42,251 bases of DNA from Candidatus Hodarchaeota archaeon (lineage in GTDB: Archaea > Asgardarchaeota > Heimdallarchaeia > Hodarchaeales > Hodarchaeaceae): the NCBI GenBank assembly GCA_016840035.1, contig JAEOTC010000055.1:1-42251 (forward strand), given 5' to 3'. Below the pieces are notes generated by a model that was not told the origin of the DNA, made no database searches, and saw nothing but the letters and a program-made list of their open reading frames with translations. The first letter of the stretch is position 1; the number at the start of each line of letters is the position of its first letter. This document shows, in pieces, positions 35,699 through 42,251 of the stretch. A program made the position numbers and the translations under genes.

Positions 35699-38452
35699 AT
35701 GTTAAGACTAGCAATAAGAAATGTTAAAAGATCAAGCTGGCGAACTTCTCTTTTAATATTTGGAATTCTAGTCACAATTGCACTTCAGACTGGTATAGTA
35801 GTAACAGTTGACACAATTTATGAGGAATTTATTTTTGACAATAGAAATCAAAATTATACTGATATTACTGTCAATCCTAAATCATGGATGGATTTAGAAT
35901 CACTTAAGGAATTAGTAGGGATCGTATCCTCTGTTCCTGGAGTAAGTGAAGCCTCTGAAGTGTACTATATCTCTTCAGATCTCATTGAGAATCAATCAGG
36001 GGGAATGATAGATATTATGATTTACGGAATCAATCCTCAAACCCATCCTGATTATTCATTGTTAAATATGTCAGCTGGATCATCTATAATAGAAGATGAC
36101 ACCATTCTTGTGTCTCAACCTTTTCAAAGATCTATAGATATCAAGTTAAGGGAGAAATTAAGTTTAGAGGAAAAACCTGAGATCGGTTTTAAAGGAACAG
36201 AACTAGCAGTAGGGGGAGTATTTACTATTCCACCCATATTTGGAAACAGAGATAGTCAGTTCATCGTACTTGTTGATATAAACTCTATTGGAGAGACTTT
36301 TCACAGTTCTTATCTCTCCCGTTCTCTGAAAGGTAAAATCGACATCAAAATTGGAAATTTACTAAAGATTGAAAGTATTGCAGATGAAATTATAGATACA
36401 ATTGGACCAGAGTATAATGTTTTTGTTGAGAAAAAAATTTCCGAAATCCAATCCCTAGGAATCTCTGCTTATACAACGGTCATAAATTTAATTATACTTG
36501 CATCCTTATTATTAGAATTCTTATTTTTAACAAATTTATTAACTATATCCATTCGTGACAGACGTAAGGAATATGGAATATTGAGGACTGTTGGAATCAG
36601 CTCCAAGCAACTAATAGTTACAATTATTTATGAAATTCTTATTTATTCTATAATAGGAATAATATTAGGGATTTTAGCTGGAATTGGTGTTGCCAACATC
36701 CTTGTAACGTTGATAGATCGGTTCTATTCAAGTTTTCATCTTGACCATTTGTCCTTAAAACCATCTTCCCTGGGGATTCTTATCGTTTCAGGATTGATAA
36801 TAACCTTATTAGCGGGAATATATCCTCTTTATCTAGCCCTCAAAGTACCTGTTATCAGAAATATACACTATCGTATGCGGAGCTCAGATAGCTCTCTTAT
36901 TAACAATTATTGGAAATATACGCTGATATTTGGATTTATTTTAACCATCTCAGGGTTTATTTTCTCTTTGTACGTTACTCCAGCAAAATTCATGGAGTTC
37001 TCCGTTTTTTCTAGTCATTTTCTAGTTATAATCTATATTTTTCTGGGAACATTGTTGATAGAGGCTGGAGTAATAATTTTACTCCCAAAAGTGGGAGAGA
37101 AAGTGTTAATTATGTTTGATATCGTTCCTCGCCAAATTTCCATGCGTAATATTGCACGAGAATTTCATAAATCACTTTTTACATTAATTTCTTCCTCCGT
37201 TGCCATAACATTCGTCATTTTACTAGCAATCATATCAAGTGTTATAATTTACAATGTTCCACAATATTTTGACGATCAATGGGGGGCCGTTGATCTAGTA
37301 GTTGAAACCTACGACAATGATCCCTTCCCTATTAATTTTACAAATGAACTTAAATCGAATGAAATGATTAAAGAAGTATCTTTTATACAAGAATCACGAA
37401 TTAAAATCGGTTCGATTAATACTAATATTTATGGAGTTGATCCTAGTCAATATGCGACCTTTCGGGAAAAATCGTATGAAAAAATCTCCTCTGAGCCTAC
37501 TCATATACTTTTGTTGAAAGAGACAAGTTCAAGAATCAATGTATTGGTTTCTGATATCCTCTTCAATTCTTTAAATATTCCTCTTGGTGGCAATCTGACA
37601 ATTCAATCTGCGTTAGATCATCCAATAACTGTTACCATTGCGGCAGTAATTAAAGGAAATAACTTCCTAGGGAATGGAAAATACTTGTATTTATCTTCAA
37701 CACATTTCCAACATATATTTAATACCACGACTGCGAACTTATTTATATGTGACATTTATGAGGAGTTTGATCTCCTAAAGGTCCAAAGGAATATAACTAG
37801 ATCTTATCCAAACCTAAGTGAGGTGTTTGGAGTAGATTTCTATCGGGACACCATTGAAAGAAGTCTCCAATTTCAAGCCAATCTTTTTCAAATACTATTT
37901 CTGCAATCCTTTGTTTTAGCTGGGATAGCTCAATTTATTAGCATGTTAATTTCAACAATTAATACGGAAAGAGAAATGGGTATAATACGCAGCATGGGAT
38001 TAACAAAATGGGGTGTATTCAGTACTTACTTAGCAGAGTCAACTATATTAGGTACATTTTCCATAATTTTTGGTTTACTGGACGGTTTACTAGGAACTGT
38101 ATTATTAATCTGGTATCTATCCGATAGCATCCCTATTCAACTCATTTTTCCTATAGATCAAATAGTTCTGTGGTTACTGTTCTCTTTCATATTAATTTTG
38201 ATAAGTACAATTTATCCAGCTCTTAAATCAAGTAAAAAAGAAATTTCAGCCACTATATCAGCAAGACCAGACTCATTATTACCAAAACATAGAAGAAAAG
38301 ATCCATTCATTATTAGAGTGGGAAATAAAATACTTAGTTTTATATTCTATATAGCCCTACTCATAATAGCATACTTCGTCCTTGTAATCTCAATCCTGAT
38401 AATCGGATACATAATTGTATTCATTATGTGGGTTTTCAACGATATATTCTAA
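35699..38452 (+). CDS. ABC transporter permease, duplicated FtsX/MacB-like
   Basis: LAIRNVKRSSWRT, RRKEYGILRTVG, MRNIAR, EREMGIIRSMG; two FtsX repeats with large extracytoplasmic domains. Confidence 0.92.
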   Translation: MLRLAIRNVKRSSWRTSLLIFGILVTIALQTGIVVTVDTIYEEFIFDNRNQNYTDITVNPKSWMDLESLKELVGIVSSVPGVSEASEVYYISSDLIENQSGGMIDIMIYGINPQTHPDYSLLNMSAGSSIIEDDTILVSQPFQRSIDIKLREKLSLEEKPEIGFKGTELAVGGVFTIPPIFGNRDSQFIVLVDINSIGETFHSSYLSRSLKGKIDIKIGNLLKIESIADEIIDTIGPEYNVFVEKKISEIQSLGISAYTTVINLIILASLLLEFLFLTNLLTISIRDRRKEYGILRTVGISSKQLIVTIIYEILIYSIIGIILGILAGIGVANILVTLIDRFYSSFHLDHLSLKPSSLGILIVSGLIITLLAGIYPLYLALKVPVIRNIHYRMRSSDSSLINNYWKYTLIFGFILTISGFIFSLYVTPAKFMEFSVFSSHFLVIIYIFLGTLLIEAGVIILLPKVGEKVLIMFDIVPRQISMRNIAREFHKSLFTLISSSVAITFVILLAIISSVIIYNVPQYFDDQWGAVDLVVETYDNDPFPINFTNELKSNEMIKEVSFIQESRIKIGSINTNIYGVDPSQYATFREKSYEKISSEPTHILLLKETSSRINVLVSDILFNSLNIPLGGNLTIQSALDHPITVTIAAVIKGNNFLGNGKYLYLSSTHFQHIFNTTTANLFICDIYEEFDLLKVQRNITRSYPNLSEVFGVDFYRDTIERSLQFQANLFQILFLQSFVLAGIAQFISMLISTINTEREMGIIRSMGLTKWGVFSTYLAESTILGTFSIIFGLLDGLLGTVLLIWYLSDSIPIQLIFPIDQIVLWLLFSFILILISTIYPALKSSKKEISATISARPDSLLPKHRRKDPFIIRVGNKILSFIFYIALLIIAYFVLVISILIIGYIIVFIMWVFNDIF

Positions 38453-38459
38453 TTAATGA

Positions 38460-38885
38460 TTAATATTGATCTTTTATTAAGAATTCATTAATTAAAACAC
38501 CAAACATAGTACCTAATACGTATAGTGGGAACATCAAAAAGAATAGGGGGAGTGTTTCACCAATTTGCTGATATGCAAATACATCACTACCACTAGGAAA
38601 AATTCCAAGCAAGCCAGGTACGATTCTAGCAAATGAAATTAGAATTAGAGAACCAAAAATCGCAATTAGCATCGCATACATCGCTTCTTGGATTTCATCA
38701 TTAAGCAAACCAATAAAGATTGCAGGAATGATGATGACAATTCCTGCGGTGGTTTGTGTTAAGGGGATAACTTTTGTGTATGAACTGTGAATAATTGCAC
38801 TAGTTACAATTGTTCCCCCGATTGAACTTAGTAGAAAATCTTTTTTCTTAACTAGTAACTTTAATGCATTAATTTGACGACTCAT
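38460..38885 (-). CDS. Hypothetical four-TM membrane protein
   Basis: 141-aa hydrophobic ORF, 18 nt downstream of dppB and co-oriented with it. Confidence 0.7.
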   Translation of the reverse strand: MSRQINALKLLVKKKDFLLSSIGGTIVTSAIIHSSYTKVIPLTQTTAGIVIIIPAIFIGLLNDEIQEAMYAMLIAIFGSLILISFARIVPGLLGIFPSGSDVFAYQQIGETLPLFFLMFPLYVLGTMFGVLINEFLIKDQY

Positions 38886-38903
38886 TGATGTATCACAGAT
38901 TAC

Positions 38904-39911
38904 TCAAAGATATTTTATTCTAGGATCCAATATTCCATATAAAAGATCTGCGAGAATGTTGGCTACTATAACTGTTATCGAAATTAACCAGAACAGAGCT
39001 TGAGAGACTGGCCAATCATTTTCTATAAGCGATGTGAAAAGAAGTCGCCCCATTCCATACCAAGCAAATACTGTTTCAGTTAAAATTGCACCACTCACAA
39101 TGTACGCAAAACTAATAGCAATCACTGTGATCAGTGGTAAAAATGCATTACGTACAGCGTGTTTGTACAGGACGGTACGCTCCTGAAGTCCTTTAGCTTT
39201 AGCTGTTAATATATAATCCTCGTTTAGAACGTCAACCAGGGTATTTCGCATAAGAAGCATATACCCACCAAAGAAAGCTAATGTCAGAGTCACAACAGGC
39301 AGAGTAAGATGCCAAATGAGATCCATAAACCGCTCAAATCCATTCATAGTCCGAACTATATCTGGAGAACTCATAGAATGTCCTAATGGAAAGATCGGAA
39401 AGATATATGCAAAGACTAAAAGTAACATCATTCCTAACCAAAAAACTGGGAAACTATACAATGAAAGGCCCACAGTAATTAAACCCGTATCAAGTTTCCC
39501 ACCATGACGACTCGCAGCCCAAATACCCGCAACAACCCCAACAATGATTGCGAAGATAGTAGAAGTGCCCATAAGTAAAAGAGTATTTGGAAGGCGTTCT
39601 GTTATTTCAGTTGTGACAGGACGAAAGGAAGTAAAACTTTGACCGAAGTTTAGAGTTAACATATTCTGCATATATTTGATAAAATGATCAAACCAGGGCC
39701 AAAATCCAGCACCTCGTTCTGGAATTCCATAAATTACTCGTAACCGTTCAACTACCCAAGGATCCATTTGAGGATCTGTATACAAAGTCATTGGATCTCT
39801 ACCTAAGAGAAAAATTGGTAATCGAAAGATGAAGAAATTGAAAACCAACACTGCTAGAAACAGAAATACTGCAATTGTTACACGCTTTAACAAATAGCTT
39901 CGTAAACTCAT
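38904..39911 (-). CDS. dppB: Peptide/nickel ABC transporter permease, DppB/OppB type
   Basis: YLLKR, NFGQSF, ERLPNTLLL, PVFWLG, HLTLP, EAA-like EDYILTAKAKGL, HAVRNA, ETVFAWYGMG, LDPRIK. GAGGTGA RBS. Confidence 0.93.
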   Translation of the reverse strand: MSLRSYLLKRVTIAVFLFLAVLVFNFFIFRLPIFLLGRDPMTLYTDPQMDPWVVERLRVIYGIPERGAGFWPWFDHFIKYMQNMLTLNFGQSFTSFRPVTTEITERLPNTLLLMGTSTIFAIIVGVVAGIWAASRHGGKLDTGLITVGLSLYSFPVFWLGMMLLLVFAYIFPIFPLGHSMSSPDIVRTMNGFERFMDLIWHLTLPVVTLTLAFFGGYMLLMRNTLVDVLNEDYILTAKAKGLQERTVLYKHAVRNAFLPLITVIAISFAYIVSGAILTETVFAWYGMGRLLFTSLIENDWPVSQALFWLISITVIVANILADLLYGILDPRIKYL

Positions 39912-40012
39912 AATATCACCTCTACGTTTTACTCACGGGTATTAAATATAACAAACATCATTAAAGGGGAAAGGTATAAAAGGATATAGTTTCATGCAAT
40001 TTTTACTTGGAT

Positions 40013-40249
40013 ATGATAGAAATGACTGCAGAACATGAAGGAAGAGCTATTGTTGCAACACATGCCACACTGAAATGGCTAATAGTGATTAGTGTTGTCC
40101 TTGGAGTCATCGGAATTGGAATTTACTGGTTTATCACTCCTTTCATTGGCTCTGTTCTATTCTTAATCGGAATTATTCTCCTTGCTCTGTGTACTGTCTC
40201 TTTGCTTTTTCTCTGGTTAACAGAGAGAATGCTTCCACATCCTAAGTAA
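40013..40249 (+). CDS. Small two-TM membrane protein
   Basis: Two hydrophobic helices. The start is uncertain (40007, 40013 or 40022). Confidence 0.55.
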   Translation: MIEMTAEHEGRAIVATHATLKWLIVISVVLGVIGIGIYWFITPFIGSVLFLIGIILLALCTVSLLFLWLTERMLPHPK

Positions 40250-40381
40250 AATATCATAATAATGATATTTTTTCTTAGATGAGACACTACTAGGGTTTCC
40301 TATAATTAGGAGACTATCCAAGGTTAAATTCCGTTACGATACGCATTTTACATGAGGTTATAAGGTTTAAATTATTGGCAA

Positions 40382-40882
40382 TCATATATCACTCATTGTG
40401 ACACCTATGAACTCTTGTGATCGATCATATTTGCTGGTTCCAAGTAAACTAGATTCTACACTCACTCTAATTGTAAGACTCCAATTCCAGGTAGTAGATG
40501 TATTTGATGCTTCAAAAATTTCAAGATCTTGTGGTAAAATTACATAAGTCATGCTTATCGATCTATGCGATTGAGCTGAAATCATCACAACAAACCAATG
40601 GGCTTTTTGAAGGTATTCTGATCCTTGACCGTTTAATACAACAACACTTTCAATAGATTGTAGTCTTACCGATGAAAATAATGAAGGATTCCAAAAATCT
40701 CCAGTGATTCTGAATCGATCAAAATGACCAGTCTCATTCCGAAATATGGATATGTCCAAGATTTGGAATCGAAAATCGAGTACTGTTTGATAAGAGTCAA
40801 TTTCGTAAATTGTAGAGTATGCTAACATCACAGATGAAACAACGACGATGATACTCCAAGTGACAAAGATAATCCTTCTCAT
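40382..40882 (-). CDS. Membrane-anchored extracellular beta-sandwich protein (LEA_2/WHy-like)
   Basis: N-terminal TM helix, FWNPS...VRLQSIESVVVLNG pattern, N-x-S/T sequons (NET, NTS, NWS). Confidence 0.55.
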   Translation of the reverse strand: MRRIIFVTWSIIVVVSSVMLAYSTIYEIDSYQTVLDFRFQILDISIFRNETGHFDRFRITGDFWNPSLFSSVRLQSIESVVVLNGQGSEYLQKAHWFVVMISAQSHRSISMTYVILPQDLEIFEASNTSTTWNWSLTIRVSVESSLLGTSKYDRSQEFIGVTMSDI

Positions 40883-41136
40883 CCTATCAAACTCTGTTTA
40901 CTTTTCAAGTGTATATCAACTAATGATATGATATATCTAGATCACACTCTTCCAGAATGTACTATTAATAAGCTTTTGAATGGTGCAATAAGCCACTATT
41001 GTACTTCAGAATTCTTTGTCACTATCTATAGATTAATAAATAGGCTTTAGACAACGCTACAGCCTGATAATATTGATATTATTGGGTAAGCCTACAACTT
41101 CGGTTTACTATCTACATTGGATTTGTGGTGTTATTC

Positions 41137-42251
41137 TTGCAGAAACGGAAAATTATTCATCGTAGAAGTCGAAAAGATCAGTTTATTGGAGTTTGGAAGC
41201 GATATTATGAAATAAAACATGGTATTGTGGGACTTTTCATTGTAGTTGTCTTTGTTGCAATGGCAATAAGTGCACCAATTTTCTTTCCTCGATACCCAGG
41301 AGAATTAGCACGTGTTGGGCCAAATTATGCTGCTCCTGACTGGACTCGATTTACAGATCCAAATGCTCCCCCTGTAAAAAATTATCTGGCAGATTCAAAT
41401 TTTGAAGATGAATCAGCCTGGAATATTTCCTCAACAAACTTCTACACAGGTGCACCAGATGATCATGGTTCATTTGAGTTTGATTCTTCTGATTACACCT
41501 CTGGATCAAAATCGATTAAATTAACACTTACAGATAATAGTACAAGTTCATATTCCCCGACATCGATTAAAGCAGTAACTAATTTCCAATATGAATATTC
41601 CACACCATTATGGGTGATGGTGAAATATAAGATGAAATCTAACATCACAGGAGATATGAACCCAAATTCAGTTATCCCTTACATTCGTTTCATTATGCCT
41701 CCTGATAACCCGTTGGGGCCTGTAGCTGATTATCTTGCTAGAATTGATGTTAGACCACGATATCCAACCGAATGGGCAACTTACACCCGTAATATAACAT
41801 ACCTCGCATTTGTCTATGTATTCGAACCTAATTCAACTGTAAATTTCGAATTTGGATTAGAATATTCCCGAACTAATATTAACTCAAGTGAAACTGGAGT
41901 AGCAAGCTTTTGGTTCGATGATTTCGAAGTAGTATGTTTTTCTTCCTTCTGGGGTCCACTCGGAACAACTGATAAAGGTCAGGATGTAATGGCCCAGTTG
42001 TTTTGGGGATGTCAAGTCTCATTGTATGTAGGGATAATTGCTACAGCTATAGGGGTGATTGTTGGCCTTATAGTTGGATTAGTTGCAGGGTATTTTTCTG
42101 GGGTTATAGATGAACTATTAATGCGTATAGTGGATTTCTTTTTGATAATCCCTACTTTACCAATTATGATGGTGCTTGCAGCGGTCCTAAGTCCGAGTAT
42201 AGAAGTAACTACGATGATAATCGCCATATTCGCATGGCCTGGACCTTCAAG
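41137..42251 (+). CDS. dppC: Peptide/nickel ABC transporter permease, DppC/OppC type, with a large extracellular insert; runs off the right edge
   Basis: Not in the ORF track. The frame is open from TTG 41137 (GTGGTG RBS) to the window end: WKRYYEIKHGIVGLFIVVVFVAMAISAP...PLGTTDKGQDVMAQLFWGCQVSLYVG...GLVAGYFSGVIDELLMRIVDFFLIIPTLP. Confidence 0.9.
   Translation, partial: MQKRKIIHRRSRKDQFIGVWKRYYEIKHGIVGLFIVVVFVAMAISAPIFFPRYPGELARVGPNYAAPDWTRFTDPNAPPVKNYLADSNFEDESAWNISSTNFYTGAPDDHGSFEFDSSDYTSGSKSIKLTLTDNSTSSYSPTSIKAVTNFQYEYSTPLWVMVKYKMKSNITGDMNPNSVIPYIRFIMPPDNPLGPVADYLARIDVRPRYPTEWATYTRNITYLAFVYVFEPNSTVNFEFGLEYSRTNINSSETGVASFWFDDFEVVCFSSFWGPLGTTDKGQDVMAQLFWGCQVSLYVGIIATAIGVIVGLIVGLVAGYFSGVIDELLMRIVDFFLIIPTLPIMMVLAAVLSPSIEVTTMIIAIFAWPGPS

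Noticed and set aside
42012-42227. 71-aa minus-strand ORF
   Set aside because: It is the antisense shadow of the dppC reading frame.

Overview
AT-rich archaeal window: GGTGA/GGAGG ribosome-binding sites, oligo-T terminators, an archaeal-type asparagine synthetase and an HdrA-MvhD fusion. A longin-like protein, Yip1-like proteins and many zinc-ribbon membrane proteins point to an Asgard archaeon, probably Heimdallarchaeia (inference). The main theme is a dispersed set of four consecutive citric-acid-cycle steps: two-subunit ATP-citrate lyase (aclBA), isocitrate dehydrogenase, a single-chain aconitase and a four-subunit 2-oxoacid (probably 2-oxoglutarate):ferredoxin oxidoreductase. Its korD-korA-korB genes are translationally coupled to an HdrA-MvhD flavoprotein fusion, with no hdrBC or mvhAG in the window. 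This suggests a flavin-bifurcation module wired into a reductive (rTCA-type) carboxylation branch. Other notable items: an orphan zinc finger + CARF-like (Csx1/DxTHG-type) protein with no CRISPR nearby, a DUF134/DUF5320 locus with repeated palindromic operators flanking a TATA box, a membrane-anchored clostripain, and a DppC permease carrying a carbohydrate-binding-module-like insert. Two genes missing from the ORF track are truncated by the window edges (asnA, dppC). I saw no rRNA, tRNA, CRISPR array or transposase.
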